From positions 27,317-91,316 of IMG/VR virus record IMGVR_UViG_3300032257_000004: a stretch of DNA of 64,000 nucleotides. One strand, given 5' to 3'. The notes beneath the pieces are model-generated. The model was not told the origin of the DNA. It saw only the letters and a program-made list of their open reading frames with translations, and searched no databases. Source of the stretch: a virus. The translations under genes were made by a program, and so were the position numbers. Of this stretch, positions 29,670 through 40,246 are shown in pieces (position 1 is the stretch's first letter; the number at the start of each line of letters is the position of its first letter).

Positions 29670-30318
29670 TACACCCTCCGGGAGTTTGACTGCAGCTATC
29701 GTTAGCCTTGGTGGAGGAATCGTCCGCACCATCGAAATAATTCGACCCGGCATAAGGACAAGCCCATGGAGTGCTGTCAGTGTCGAAATCATCACTAGTA
29801 GAGTTGTAACGGCGATAGCGCCGGAGGCACACCTCTTTAGTAACAATTCGCTTGGGGAGTTTCACCCCGCGCTGGTCCAGAATAGACGACAGAACGAACT
29901 GTACGGAGTCCTTGTCCTGATGCTTCAACTGTTCAAAGTAAAATACTTCGTCGGGGAATTTTTGGGAAGTGTCGGGTTCGGCACCATCGTCGAGGAATCG
30001 CTCAAAGGTACGAATACGGGTTAACTTCAAGCCGATGAAATCGTTGTAAGTGTTCAGCATGGCTGTAGCCAGAGCGTTCAGGTTGCCCAAACTGAGGGTT
30101 GGACTCGGGAAGCTGCTCTGCCCATCCCACTGAATTCCTTCGAGTTTGATGGGGAACAGGCTGTAGGTGTTGCTTCCCCACTCTACCCCACTGGACCCAT
30201 CGCGCGAAAAGTTGCTAAATCGCAGAGTGCCGCCGCCCAACGAACTGACATCAATCTCGAACAATTCGACTTCGCTACCGAGTTCCGCCCCATAAACGTA
30301 TAATTCAATATCAGGCAT
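29602..30318 (-). CDS. minor tail protein L (lambda gpL-like)
   Basis: ELFEID..GG.LRF, RIRTFERFLD, C-terminal Cys cluster ending CNARF. Confidence 0.88.
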   Translation of the reverse strand: MPDIELYVYGAELGSEVELFEIDVSSLGGGTLRFSNFSRDGSSGVEWGSNTYSLFPIKLEGIQWDGQSSFPSPTLSLGNLNALATAMLNTYNDFIGLKLTRIRTFERFLDDGAEPDTSQKFPDEVFYFEQLKHQDKDSVQFVLSSILDQRGVKLPKRIVTKEVCLRRYRRYNSTSDDFDTDSTPWACPYAGSNYFDGADDSSTKANDSCSQTPGGCNARFPDQDLPGYFFPAVALNRF

Positions 30319-30664
30319 TGGGTACACTCCGAATCGCCATGTTGATACTCCAGTACCCCGGCTTGGTAGGAGTGCGTTCCATTTCGTCCGAGACTAGAAG
30401 TACGTCGTTCGGTATGATTTCCGGCACCCCCAAGTAGAAGGAAATGTAGCCCCGGCGCGTCTGCCAAAACGATTCAATCGTGTCCGCCTCTGAATCAGTA
30501 AGGGAAGGCCACATCAAGCTTCCTTGATATTTCGGATCGGTAAATACGCCGCGAGGTGCCCGCATCTCGTAATCGTCGCCAAACGCCACAGTTTTAGCAC
30601 CGTGGGTCTGTTTGACCGACGAATTCCAAGTGGGGTTAATAGAAGGGTTCATTGAATCTGGCAT
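30311..30664 (-). CDS. minor tail protein M (lambda gpM-like)
   Basis: FGDDYEMR..RG motif directly after the tape measure gene. Confidence 0.75.
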   Translation of the reverse strand: MPDSMNPSINPTWNSSVKQTHGAKTVAFGDDYEMRAPRGVFTDPKYQGSLMWPSLTDSEADTIESFWQTRRGYISFYLGVPEIIPNDVLLVSDEMERTPTKPGYWSINMAIRSVPNA

Positions 30665-33600
30665 CAGAGTTTAGTAACCTTTCCGCCCATGCCCGGACTA
30701 TTGGACATTTCCATAACTGTCTCAGCCACCAAGCCCTTGAGCGCTTCGCGTGTCTGGCCGGAAGTCTTGCGGGCAATCTCTTCGGCGTCCGCGTCACCCT
30801 CGACATGCACATGCGTCTCGTTGTTTATCACGAGGGACGAGAGACCGCCTCCCGTGGCCTGTCCGTGCATCTGGACCCCCAGTGCCCCGTCTCGTCCTCT
30901 CGCTAACGGGAGGATAGCCTCTGGCCCCGCCTCGCCCATAAGACCCATGCGACCCCCGCCGTAGCCAAACATGGTGGGTTCGTTCATGACACCACCACGA
31001 GCAAAGGCTCTAACCGGACCGTCGAATACACCACCCTGAGCGAATGGCATAAAGGGCAACGCCCGCATGGCCGATTTGACAATCGGTAGAATCACCTGCA
31101 TGCGCAGAACTTCCAGTATGGCGTCGTTTACGGCCCGAATGATGTCCAGCAGAAATTCGTTGATACTCTGGCGCGGACGAGTAAAATCGAAAGCCCCCAT
31201 GATGGTGGTGGAAATGCTATCTGCCACACCTTCCCAAAGTTTTTCCATCTCCTCGGCAGCTTCGCGCATCACTTCCAACGAATCCTCGGCCTGTTGCGCC
31301 GTTCTCTCGTTGCGAAGCTGCAGGTCTGCCCCCGCGATGATGGCGTCTCGTTCCCCCGGAGTCAGGTAAGGGTTGCTGCGGTTTCCAAGTTCGTGTTGTT
31401 CCTCAGCCGCTGATCGGGCTTCGGATAGCCTCTCATTGATAAGTCTCTGACGCTCCAGTTGCTTCAAGGCTTCGCCCGTGGCTAGTGCCTGTTCGGCTTC
31501 CAGCGCGTACCTAGCGGTCACTTGGGCTACAGTTTCGCCCTCCGTTTGCATCTGCGCGATTGTGCGTTCGCGGTACTGATTGTTCAAGTCCAGCTGAGTG
31601 CCATATTGAGCCAGAACTGCAGTCAGCTCTTCGGTGACTAGGGTTTCGTCCCGACCTGCGCCAATTTGGCGCTCGGCTTCAGTGTTCGCCTCCGCTATCA
31701 TAGCGGTGATACGTTCCCTTTCCTCGCGGTGCTGACGAATAACGCCCTCATAGCGAGTTTCACCGATCGAACCGACTCGGGACCGCGAACGGTCCGTTTG
31801 AGACTGGGCCCGCGTCAACATGTCTGTCAGTTGGCGGAATTGGTCGTTCAGAGCCTCAATTTTCCGAGCAGTGTCCGCGCTAACCAAGGCACGAATCTCT
31901 TCCTCGGACATACCTAGCGCGCCCGCCATTTCCAGCAACTCTTCAGTCGTTGCAGCAGCGGCGCGTTCAATAGTGGCGATTTCGCCCGCCATTTGGGTCA
32001 TGGCCCCGACTTGCAAGCCGAACACGGTGTTTTCAGCCGACACTCTACCGGCTTCCACCCTCAGGATACCGAGATTATCAATAATACTCTGCAGCAGTTC
32101 CAAATCCTCAGGGCTTCTAGGGATTAGGGCCCCTTCGGCTCCCTCTACCGGGTTCATCATCAGTCGATACCGGTGCATATCCGCTTCGAAGCTGTCCATT
32201 CCGATAGTATCGACCCGGAATTGAATACTTTCGGCATCAGAATTGAGACTGTTCATTACGTCCCGGTCAAAAGCAGCAAAATTCCTCAGGTCCTCTTCTA
32301 CCTGATCGAAATGTTCAGTAGTGTTGGCGGCGGTTTCTCCCAGCTGCTCCATAATGGCTTGGGCGTCCTGCAGGTGCTGGTTTTGGTCCGCGATTCGATC
32401 GTTGATGCCCTGAAGAGCGTTCTCGCGAATACCCTCCATTACGGCATCACTGTTCATCCACTCGGCTGCATCCTCACCATATCGGTCCTGATTAAACAAT
32501 GAAGGGTTTTCGGCCCTTGCTCGGGCTTGGTTTAATTCTTCGATTAACCGCTGAGACAAATCTATTCTTGCTTGCGCTGTGCGAATATGCTCATTGAGCG
32601 CATCCATAACCTCAGTCCGCTCCTCCGCCACCTCAGTTAGTTGCTCGGCATTGGCGGGAAGAAGAGAGGCTTCATTGGTCTCAGCCATAATGGCCTGTAG
32701 TTCTTCAAATTCCCGAGTCACGGCAGCGCGTCTACGATTCTCCATGAACGACGACACGGCGAAAGTACCAATTCCGCCTAGAACCAAGCCTACTGGACCA
32801 CCAACAAACCGCAGGAGCATTCCCATGGACCTGAGGACAGTGGATAGAACCCCTGCCAGTCCCGCAGCGGCCCTAGTCATAAATCCGAATAGACCGCCGA
32901 TTCGGGAGCCACTCCGCATAATTCTAGCAAAAGCGCGGCTATTCAACCCCACCACACTTAGCAGACCCCGCATTGCTTTGGAAAGAACCCCGGTTCGACG
33001 CGCGCTGGATGTCATCCGGGCACCAAACCTGCGACTGTTTCTATCGAACAAACTCATGGTAGCACTAAAACCCGCAGCGAAACCACTTGCTGTATAAGCC
33101 ATAGTCCCGGCGCGAGCAGCGCCAGCGCCAGCCCCTCTTACCGCGCCTAAGGCTCTTCCGCCAAAGGCCCTAACCGCCCCTATAGCGGCAACAGCTTGAG
33201 AACTCGCCAAAGCCCGGTTAGCGGCAATAGCCACACCGTTGAAAGCCGCAGCAAGTCCGAGGACCGCCAAGGTCATTGTTTGCCAGTTCATTTGTTCGGC
33301 AACGGTTCTGTAGTCGCTTTGCGTCTCCACCGCTTCCCGAGTTGAATACTTCAGGATGTCGATTGAATCCTTCAACTGGTTGGTCCGGTCTTTTTGGTCA
33401 TCCAGTGCCTTGGACAAATCGATGCTAACATCCAAATAGTCGGTTGAAAGTTCTGCAGCATCCTCTACCGAGGAAGACGACGAATTAACGTTGTCTCCAA
33501 GAAACCCGAATGCGGTGGCTGCTGCAGTAGCGACTGCGGCCAGTACCGCAATGATTCCGACAATACCTCCGCTTCCCGATGCCGTAAGAACAAAGGAAGC

Positions 33601-34830
33601 CATGGCGGCGAGTAGCCTGCCCGCAATGAAAACCGAAGCGAACGAAGTAAGGGCTGCTAGCGCCGGGACGATTACCGCTCGGAATCGGTAAATCGTGCCC
33701 GTCACCGCTTCAAACATCGCCGCCGTACCACGAACGATCTGAATCAAATTCTCACTCTCAAACAAAGACCGCAGCGTGTTGGATACATTGATAACGGTGC
33801 GTTCGAATCCAGCTTCCCAGCCCGACAATGCCAAAAGCCGGAAAGCTGTAACCATCCGGTTCATCTCGGCTTGGGCAGACCTGCGGGAAGCTTCAAGACC
33901 GGGTCCAAAGGTACGTCTCAACTCCTCGGCCACTCGGGGCAAGACTTCAGCCGACACCAACTGCCCTGTACGCATCAGGGTGTTGAATTCGCGGCGCAGA
34001 CTCTCCGTGGCCGTTTCGACTCCAAAATACGCGCGTACAAACAAGTTGAAAGCACCGGGAAGCCGGTCGCCCAACTGGTTTCTCAATTCCTCGGCCTGAA
34101 CTGTACCCTTCGATATCATCTGCTCGAAGGCTTTAATCACGCCTCGCGTTTGCTCCAGATTGAATCGCAGAACGGTGGATGCCTCGGCCACCGACAAGAA
34201 GATATCCCGCGTAGCCTCGCCCGCCAACTGAGTACCAGCGGAAGCGGCGGACATTTGGGCGTACATGTCCGCCAAAGCGAAGATGTCGGCACCCAAGTAG
34301 TTGGCAATTCCGCGCATATCTTCGAATGCGGCATTAGCCGCTTCTACGGAGCCGAATACTGAGTGCATGACGTTTCGAATACGGTCGAAACTTGTACCCA
34401 TCTCGACAATGTGTCGAGCCAGCATTCCTAGGCCGATACCGGCGATGATGCCACGCATAGACCCAAGGGTATTGTTCAGCTGGTGGATGGACCCCTTCGC
34501 CCTTCTAGACGAAGCGGCGGCTCGACCAGCTTTGGCCGAATACCTGTCCAATTGTTTACCAGACCTAAGAAGGGCGGACCCTGCAGCGTTGACGGCACGG
34601 GACATCTTCAATGTTCCGTTTGTCATTTTATCTTGGCCGACTTCAGCCCGTTTCACGGTTTTTGCTAGATCGGACTGTTGTTGAGCCAGTTTTCTGGTTC
34701 TCGACTCAAGAGTTCTAGCGGCTTTAGTTGTGTCTCGTCCAGCGCGACTTAAACGGTCAAGGCGGGTCGACGCCCGCTTTACAGACTCTGTCTGTACCTG
34801 AAGTTCAAGTGTTGCCGTGTTACTAGCCAT
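30664..34830 (-). CDS. tape measure protein
   Basis: 1388 aa, Ala-rich; QMISKGTVQAEELRNQLGDRLPGA; C-terminal MGEAGPEAILPL. Confidence 0.95.
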   Translation of the reverse strand: MASNTATLELQVQTESVKRASTRLDRLSRAGRDTTKAARTLESRTRKLAQQQSDLAKTVKRAEVGQDKMTNGTLKMSRAVNAAGSALLRSGKQLDRYSAKAGRAAASSRRAKGSIHQLNNTLGSMRGIIAGIGLGMLARHIVEMGTSFDRIRNVMHSVFGSVEAANAAFEDMRGIANYLGADIFALADMYAQMSAASAGTQLAGEATRDIFLSVAEASTVLRFNLEQTRGVIKAFEQMISKGTVQAEELRNQLGDRLPGAFNLFVRAYFGVETATESLRREFNTLMRTGQLVSAEVLPRVAEELRRTFGPGLEASRRSAQAEMNRMVTAFRLLALSGWEAGFERTVINVSNTLRSLFESENLIQIVRGTAAMFEAVTGTIYRFRAVIVPALAALTSFASVFIAGRLLAAMASFVLTASGSGGIVGIIAVLAAVATAAATAFGFLGDNVNSSSSSVEDAAELSTDYLDVSIDLSKALDDQKDRTNQLKDSIDILKYSTREAVETQSDYRTVAEQMNWQTMTLAVLGLAAAFNGVAIAANRALASSQAVAAIGAVRAFGGRALGAVRGAGAGAARAGTMAYTASGFAAGFSATMSLFDRNSRRFGARMTSSARRTGVLSKAMRGLLSVVGLNSRAFARIMRSGSRIGGLFGFMTRAAAGLAGVLSTVLRSMGMLLRFVGGPVGLVLGGIGTFAVSSFMENRRRAAVTREFEELQAIMAETNEASLLPANAEQLTEVAEERTEVMDALNEHIRTAQARIDLSQRLIEELNQARARAENPSLFNQDRYGEDAAEWMNSDAVMEGIRENALQGINDRIADQNQHLQDAQAIMEQLGETAANTTEHFDQVEEDLRNFAAFDRDVMNSLNSDAESIQFRVDTIGMDSFEADMHRYRLMMNPVEGAEGALIPRSPEDLELLQSIIDNLGILRVEAGRVSAENTVFGLQVGAMTQMAGEIATIERAAAATTEELLEMAGALGMSEEEIRALVSADTARKIEALNDQFRQLTDMLTRAQSQTDRSRSRVGSIGETRYEGVIRQHREERERITAMIAEANTEAERQIGAGRDETLVTEELTAVLAQYGTQLDLNNQYRERTIAQMQTEGETVAQVTARYALEAEQALATGEALKQLERQRLINERLSEARSAAEEQHELGNRSNPYLTPGERDAIIAGADLQLRNERTAQQAEDSLEVMREAAEEMEKLWEGVADSISTTIMGAFDFTRPRQSINEFLLDIIRAVNDAILEVLRMQVILPIVKSAMRALPFMPFAQGGVFDGPVRAFARGGVMNEPTMFGYGGGRMGLMGEAGPEAILPLARGRDGALGVQMHGQATGGGLSSLVINNETHVHVEGDADAEEIARKTSGQTREALKGLVAETVMEMSNSPGMGGKVTKL

Positions 34831-35194
34831 CGCTCTTTGGGGCCTTAAAATGTTTCAGGTATTGACCGTCTACGGTCTTCAACCACTCTATCTCACTCCA
34901 TTTTAACACAAGACCCGAATAACGACAATAAGCGTCGATGTCCGGCAGAGATATACCGTTAGGCCCCATTCCGTTCGAAGTACGGAACTTGGAGATGTCC
35001 CAGAATAAGTCTATGATTGTCTTGGTGGCGGTGAGTTGCTCCGGCTCAATGTCCTCCGGAGCAACTTCCATACCGGCATCAATGCGCTCACTGATGTATT
35101 CCAACAAATCTTTACCGTTGTCTCCCCCAAAGAGCAGCCTGAATCTCCATTCAGACCATTCAGTCAGGTTGTCAGAGACTTCTACGTAAAATTT
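34823..35194 (-). CDS. tail assembly chaperone gpT segment (reached by -1 frameshift)
   Basis: The -1 frame from the slippery site reads YVEVSDNLTEW...LLEYISER without stops into ORF 34823-35107. Confidence 0.8.
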   Translation of the reverse strand, partial: KFYVEVSDNLTEWSEWRFRLLFGGDNGKDLLEYISERIDAGMEVAPEDIEPEQLTATKTIIDLFWDISKFRTSNGMGPNGISLPDIDAYCRYSGLVLKWSEIEWLKTVDGQYLKHFKAPKSDG

Positions 35195-35589
35195 GTATCG
35201 TCCTCCATGAACTCTTCAACCTGATCGCGAAGCCATCGGAAAGTAGGGTCCATAAGAACTTTGTACGCGTTGTCAAAATTGCAAGGAAGAGCCTCGCCAT
35301 AAGCGACGATGTTCCAATCGACTACGCACCGGGCTACGGTCTCGGTGTTTTCGTTTTCGATTTGCTCAGCTGAAAGGGAGATTTTTCTCCGGCCCTTCTG
35401 TTTCGAAAGGCGGCGATCCATCACCGTCCGTGAAGATTTTTGGTAATGGTCGGAATAAAGTCCAGCGACGCGAATGTACATCGCATCCCCCTCGTTATTC
35501 TTCAGAATTTCCCCGGTGGTCGGGTGGGTCAATTCCATTCTGGCACCGTCGTTAGACTTGCCAACTACGTCGATTTCTGAAAGGTCCAT
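35182..35589 (-). CDS. tail assembly chaperone (gpG-like)
   Basis: MELTHPTTGE..., WLRDQV; upstream of the tape measure gene. Confidence 0.8.
   Translation of the reverse strand: MDLSEIDVVGKSNDGARMELTHPTTGEILKNNEGDAMYIRVAGLYSDHYQKSSRTVMDRRLSKQKGRRKISLSAEQIENENTETVARCVVDWNIVAYGEALPCNFDNAYKVLMDPTFRWLRDQVEEFMEDDTNFT
35188..35194 (-). other. programmed -1 frameshift slippery heptamer A AAU UUU
   Basis: X XXY YYZ heptamer one codon before the chaperone stop. Confidence 0.8.
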
Positions 35590-35619
35590 GTCTCTATCCT
35601 CATTGGTTGAACTAATTCA

Positions 35620-35648
35620 ACCATACCACACTGGGATAACTAAGTCAA
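35620..35648 (-). promoter_or_regulatory. promoter TTGACT-17-TATGGT (extended TG)
   Basis: Same TGTGGTATGGT -10 region as 41705-41733. Confidence 0.65.
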
Positions 35649-36100
35649 TAAAATGGAAAGAGAAGAAACAATGTAGCAACTATGCCCACCGCAAGGAAAG
35701 CAAACGAGGTCCAGTTTAGGCGAGCAGAGTCAAAGTTGGGCTGAACCATGTACGATGCTCGAATATGGCCATACGCAGCCAAAACCACTGCCACTTCCCT
35801 CGATGGAAGATTGGCAACTACTCCCCACTTTATTAAAAACTCTTCAAAGGGGAGACCATAATAAACGGACACCCAAGTTACGAACCAATAAAGACCGTCT
35901 GTAAATTCCCCCAAAAAGCCTATAAAAATTCCGAGCCCAATCCAATCAGTAGGGCTGACTCCGTGGAAGTTTCGGAACCGAATACAATCTTTGGAAATAC
36001 ACTTGAAAGTGTTGTGGTAGCGAATCATGACCCACAAACAAAAAGCCAGAGCCGGAAGAGTCATTCCAATGGACAGGGCCGACAAAAACTCATAAAACAC
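35645..36100 (-). CDS. multi-pass membrane protein
   Basis: About 4 hydrophobic segments. Confidence 0.6.
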   Translation of the reverse strand: MFYEFLSALSIGMTLPALAFCLWVMIRYHNTFKCISKDCIRFRNFHGVSPTDWIGLGIFIGFLGEFTDGLYWFVTWVSVYYGLPFEEFLIKWGVVANLPSREVAVVLAAYGHIRASYMVQPNFDSARLNWTSFAFLAVGIVATLFLLFPFY

Positions 36101-36246
36101 CAGAAATACCCCTGACCAAAAGAGCCTCTAGCAACTCTTTAGTGTTATTCTTCTCTGCAGCCTTCTGCACAACTTCTTTTTTCAACGTTTTAAGCTGCCC
36201 TTCGAGGCGAGAGATTTCGTTCTCCGTGTCTTCTCGTTTTTTCCGT

Positions 36247-36435
36247 CTACGGGGAAGCATCCATCTGACCCCTGAGTTCGATCCAAGTATTAATTTGGTC
36301 TTTTAAGTTGGCGAGATACTCTTTTTCAATTTCCCGTTTAGCCTCAGCCTCTTTTCTCCATAGCCAGAAGAAAAGACCCGCCATAAAGAAGCCCGGTCCG
36401 TTTTCAAATAAATATGGGACAAGGGCGGCTTCCAT
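36247..36435 (-). CDS. small TM plus coiled-coil protein (holin-like)
   Basis: GPGFFMAGLFFWLW followed by a charged helix. Confidence 0.5.
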   Translation of the reverse strand: MEAALVPYLFENGPGFFMAGLFFWLWRKEAEAKREIEKEYLANLKDQINTWIELRGQMDASP

Positions 36436-36463
36436 GGCGGATGCTTTCTAACTCAGGGAGAAT

Positions 36464-38038
36464 TTACGCTGATAGGAACCAGACAAGAGCCTTAGTACCG
36501 AGAGTTGGGTCTTCCTCTGCGTAGAACGTGATGTTCTCCACAACGGACTGGCCAGAGTTACCCTTAGGCGCAGCCGTGATGACTACATTCGGGAATTCCA
36601 TGACCATAACATGCCCATCCTTCTGATCCTTCAGAGTGACGATCAGACGGAATCGAGTACCAGCGATGTATTTTTGGCGCATCGAACGGGACGTAAAGTA
36701 GATAGATGACTGAATTTCAGCCTCGAAATCGCCCTGCTCCACGTGGGACGCCGTTTCCGCGCCAACCGCGTATTTGGCTTCCCGGTTATTGGAAATGGAC
36801 ACCGACATGTTTTCCACGTCATTGGTGGTAACTCCATCCCGAACGAGGGACGCGCCCTCGATTGAACCGGCAAATGGCACAACATCCGCAACTGCGGTGT
36901 AAGCGCCGGAACCGATGGGGAACTGAACTTCGGTGTTGTCGGAATCGATACCGACCATACCAAACTCGGCAGTGACTTCGCCCGATGTTGGGATTTCGAC
37001 ACTGAGTTCGTTAACTTCCATACCACGGTAGTATTCGTAAATGACCGGGCTGAGGTCCAAATACGCGACCTCGTAGGAGAAGAACTTGCGGGTAACGCCA
37101 GCTGCCCCGAACCAGTCACCAGCTGCTGCGGTGACGGAGGTTCCGCCACCAAACGACTCTGCAGTGATTTCGCGGTCGAGGACCATATAAGAACCGTCCG
37201 AAGCCACCTCTTTCAGTACGAACGTTTGGTCGTTCGAACCGGTGGTAGAACTAGCGGTAGTGATAGTCATTCCAGCTACGAAACCTGTCGAACGGAGACG
37301 GTTGCTGGAATCGGTGATGGTGTCGCCTTGAGTACCGGAACCACCCTCAAGGGTGTCCGAACCGGAGGTGGCGGCACCCGCCGATGCGAAATCAATGGTG
37401 GCCGAAGCGAGGGTCCAAGCGATTGTAAATGCGTTGCCAACGGTGCCAACGGTGTCGTACCGAATCCGCAGGGTGGTGCTGGAGACGTCTTCGTAAGTAG
37501 CCTCCGCAACCGAATCCTCAGTCGAAGTGTTCAATGTTGCTACGAGGTCTGCAATCGTAGCCGCGAGGTCCGCACCCAGTTCAATATGGTTTTCTTCGGT
37601 CGGTGCTGTCTTGAACGTGAACAGAACGCCGTTAATCGTGATGGTGTCGTTGTTGGCCGGTTGAGAGTCGAACACCGCATCGCCAGCGGCGTAGGCACCG
37701 CCAGCGGCGTAGGCCAGATTCGCACCTGAAAGGGTTGGAAGGGCCAGTGTGGTCGAGAACGCCGATTCGATAAGTTCTCGAATAGATGGGTCGTTCTTCA
37801 GAGGGACGGCAACCGTCCCCATGGCGCTTTTGTTTCCGCCAACTTGTCGACCACCCATGCGGTTCGACTTAATTTCGCCGGACCTTTCATAGGTTTTCTG
37901 TTCGTCAAGGGCAGTGTTTTCGAGTTGGGGGACCACTTTCCAAGGCGGGTTCGTAGGAGTTGTTCCGCGAGTCGATTCTACGACCTGCGAGACCCGTACG
38001 CGGGAGCGGGAAGCGGGTGAGATAAGAGACGCGGGCAT
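36464..38038 (-). CDS. major tail (tube) protein with inserted domain
   Basis: VVESTRGTTP N-terminus, YRGMEVNELSVEI, position after the tail terminator. Confidence 0.8.
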   Translation of the reverse strand: MPASLISPASRSRVRVSQVVESTRGTTPTNPPWKVVPQLENTALDEQKTYERSGEIKSNRMGGRQVGGNKSAMGTVAVPLKNDPSIRELIESAFSTTLALPTLSGANLAYAAGGAYAAGDAVFDSQPANNDTITINGVLFTFKTAPTEENHIELGADLAATIADLVATLNTSTEDSVAEATYEDVSSTTLRIRYDTVGTVGNAFTIAWTLASATIDFASAGAATSGSDTLEGGSGTQGDTITDSSNRLRSTGFVAGMTITTASSTTGSNDQTFVLKEVASDGSYMVLDREITAESFGGGTSVTAAAGDWFGAAGVTRKFFSYEVAYLDLSPVIYEYYRGMEVNELSVEIPTSGEVTAEFGMVGIDSDNTEVQFPIGSGAYTAVADVVPFAGSIEGASLVRDGVTTNDVENMSVSISNNREAKYAVGAETASHVEQGDFEAEIQSSIYFTSRSMRQKYIAGTRFRLIVTLKDQKDGHVMVMEFPNVVITAAPKGNSGQSVVENITFYAEEDPTLGTKALVWFLSA

Positions 38039-38049
38039 TTAATTCTCCG

Positions 38050-38478
38050 TCAGTAAAGGGTGTATGTGTAAAAATCGACTGATACCGAAATCACCACAAA
38101 ATCACCATCCTCAGCTTGAAGTCCGTAATGGGATCGTTCTATTGTAACCCGCTTGGAGTTCTTCGTCAATGTTATTCCACGTTTGAAGTGGTTGACTAGA
38201 CCTCCAGCGAGATTGTAAGCGGGGACTAGCCCCGCCCCTTTGGGCACCATGATATTAATATAATACGCCCCGTTGATCTTATAATGCCCCTCAGGGCCTT
38301 GGCCAATCAGGCGGGGAGTTCGGAACGTTGTGATGGTTTTGAGATACATAGAATTGGAAGGCGGATTAAACGCCTTGTCGTTCTGGAATTCGATCTTAGC
38401 ATTCCACGAACCACCATCGTAAAGCCTCAGCTTTTCGTTGAAAGCATTGATGATATCGCCATCATTAGAATCGGGCAT
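38050..38478 (-). CDS. tail terminator-like protein
   Basis: Size and position; G.YYINIMVPKGAG. Confidence 0.65.
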   Translation of the reverse strand: MPDSNDGDIINAFNEKLRLYDGGSWNAKIEFQNDKAFNPPSNSMYLKTITTFRTPRLIGQGPEGHYKINGAYYINIMVPKGAGLVPAYNLAGGLVNHFKRGITLTKNSKRVTIERSHYGLQAEDGDFVVISVSVDFYTYTLY

Positions 38479-38936
38479 CAGAAATCATTCAACCTCGCAG
38501 CTTGGGCGACATACAAGTCCCAGTTAGCAACATGGTCCCTAAATATAGAACCTGCAGGTGCTTGGGGCGACATTCCGGCCTCCAGTAGAGCAACATAGGG
38601 CGCTTTATTGTACAAATGGATGTTGTCGCCCACTTTCCACCCGTTCAACGGTTCAACGTCGATGTAGTGGTCGATTCCGGCCCTTTTGGTTCTGTCATAA
38701 CCACCCGGACGGGAATTAATCCCAAATCTCCAGTGGGCCTTGGCTCGACCCGATCTAAACGGGGTAGATTGAACCACAGCGTCGCCCATAAGTTGAGCGG
38801 CGTCCAGCACGATATACCCCAAGTCCTCTTCGGTTTTTTTGGCCCACTTTCGAAGCTGGACATCAAAACTCCCACCTTTGCGGGTGTACAGAAGACTTCC
38901 AAAATTTCTCGCTAATCCTCTATTGCTAGGTGGCAT
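38478..38936 (-). CDS. HK97 gp10-like tail completion protein
   Basis: TPFRSGRAKAHW, NKAPYVALLEAG.S.QAPAG. Confidence 0.75.
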   Translation of the reverse strand: MPPSNRGLARNFGSLLYTRKGGSFDVQLRKWAKKTEEDLGYIVLDAAQLMGDAVVQSTPFRSGRAKAHWRFGINSRPGGYDRTKRAGIDHYIDVEPLNGWKVGDNIHLYNKAPYVALLEAGMSPQAPAGSIFRDHVANWDLYVAQAARLNDF

Positions 38937-39336
38937 CTCTTTGTCCCTGTGTAGATAGGTGCAAGAGGTATATTGCGCCCACTCCGGCGTCGTCCTCTGC
39001 GATCTGGATTACCGTCCATGTTTCCCGGTCCGCGTCCCATGGCGCAGCCCCAATCTGTACTTCCACCCCAAGTTTAATGGGGGCCGAGAAATCAGAACCT
39101 CGAACCGTAGCAATGAGATCGCCGTCCTTGATCATGTCGATCGATTTGAACTTACTAGCCCCTCCGGTCCACACCAGCTTGGTGGCAGTGTCGGCGGCGG
39201 TTTTTGCCATTCTTCCAGTGACGTCGTCGTATGAAGTGGTGTCCGAATACTCTCTTACTAACGCATCCTTGACCACGTCACCGAATGCGGCAAATATAGA
39301 ATTAGCTGTTTCTTTCCACGCAGCTACTTCACTCAC
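38926..39336 (-). CDS. head closure/stopper protein
   Basis: Position; YDDVTG motif. Confidence 0.55.
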   Translation of the reverse strand: MSEVAAWKETANSIFAAFGDVVKDALVREYSDTTSYDDVTGRMAKTAADTATKLVWTGGASKFKSIDMIKDGDLIATVRGSDFSAPIKLGVEVQIGAAPWDADRETWTVIQIAEDDAGVGAIYLLHLSTQGQRDAT

Positions 39337-39884
39337 CTATACAACTCCGCCTGAATTCCATTTTGGATTTTGCGAACATAATAAGGCTGGAGATATAAGT
39401 CAACCAATGGGTAGACTTTCTCTCGCAATCGCCCCTCGACGAGATCGAACAAATAGCCGGATGCTTGGAAAAATTCCTGTTCCAGAGAACCGACCTTTTG
39501 TTTCTTGATTTGGTTTCCGCCGTTAGCGTCACTTCTGGTCAAGGACGTCGGAGCCGGAGTCAACTGGTCCGCCCATAACCACTGCAGGGCGAGTTCGCAT
39601 TGAGCGTCCTTCACTGCCTGCGGTGTGGACGTGCCATCGAACAACCGGCCCTCGTCGTCGTAGAAGTCTTTGCGGGGCCATTTCATCACCTGAGTGGAGA
39701 GGTAGAGAACCCCGCACCACTCATACCGACGATCCATATGGACCGCCGCAAAACGAAGAGCATTCTCTCGCTGGTCATCAGTTTTGGCGACATCGGACCA
39801 CTCGGATGAATGGGGCCTGCCGTCAAAGTACGTCGTTGCCTCAGCGAGGGTGACGTAACTGTCTGTTCCGACCGTGAGAGCCAT
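39333..39884 (-). CDS. head-tail adaptor
   Basis: DSYVTLAEA..YF, KWPR, PQAVKDAQCELAL. Confidence 0.75.
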   Translation of the reverse strand: MALTVGTDSYVTLAEATTYFDGRPHSSEWSDVAKTDDQRENALRFAAVHMDRRYEWCGVLYLSTQVMKWPRKDFYDDEGRLFDGTSTPQAVKDAQCELALQWLWADQLTPAPTSLTRSDANGGNQIKKQKVGSLEQEFFQASGYLFDLVEGRLREKVYPLVDLYLQPYYVRKIQNGIQAELYR

Positions 39885-39888
39885 TTAC

Positions 39889-40167
39889 TTACTTCTTTTT
39901 GCTGGGGGTCTTCGTTTTGGCTTTCGGCTCGACGGGCTCTGGAACCGCGATCGAAGCGTCGCCAGCAGTTTCACCGCTTTTCGTCTTGATGTCGACCTCG
40001 ACTTCGACGGGCTTAGCATCCTCCTTACCGAATTCTGCTGCGGGCTCAGGTTTGGCTGGTTTCCAGCCGAACTTCATTTGTTCCTTGGCGTCGATGGGGT
40101 GAAAGGATCGTTTCTCTCCCTTTTCATTCACCATAGGAATCTGAGAACTGAAGGGTCCTTTAGGCAT
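39889..40167 (-). CDS. hypothetical virion-module protein
   Basis: Start reassigned to MPKGPF (GGAG RBS); the upstream extension is a hairpin. Confidence 0.55.
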   Translation of the reverse strand: MPKGPFSSQIPMVNEKGEKRSFHPIDAKEQMKFGWKPAKPEPAAEFGKEDAKPVEVEVDIKTKSGETAGDASIAVPEPVEPKAKTKTPSKKK

Positions 40168-40186
40168 ATTTATCTCCAAATAAGGC

Positions 40187-40221
40187 AATGGGCGGGCCGG
40201 GTTTTCCCGGTCCGCCCATTT
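40187..40221. terminator. hairpin downstream of the capsid/cement genes
   Basis: AATGGGCGGGCCGGG-TTTT-CCCGGTCCGCCCATT. Confidence 0.6.
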
Positions 40222-40246
40222 TATTTCACCCAAACTCCGAAGTCAA

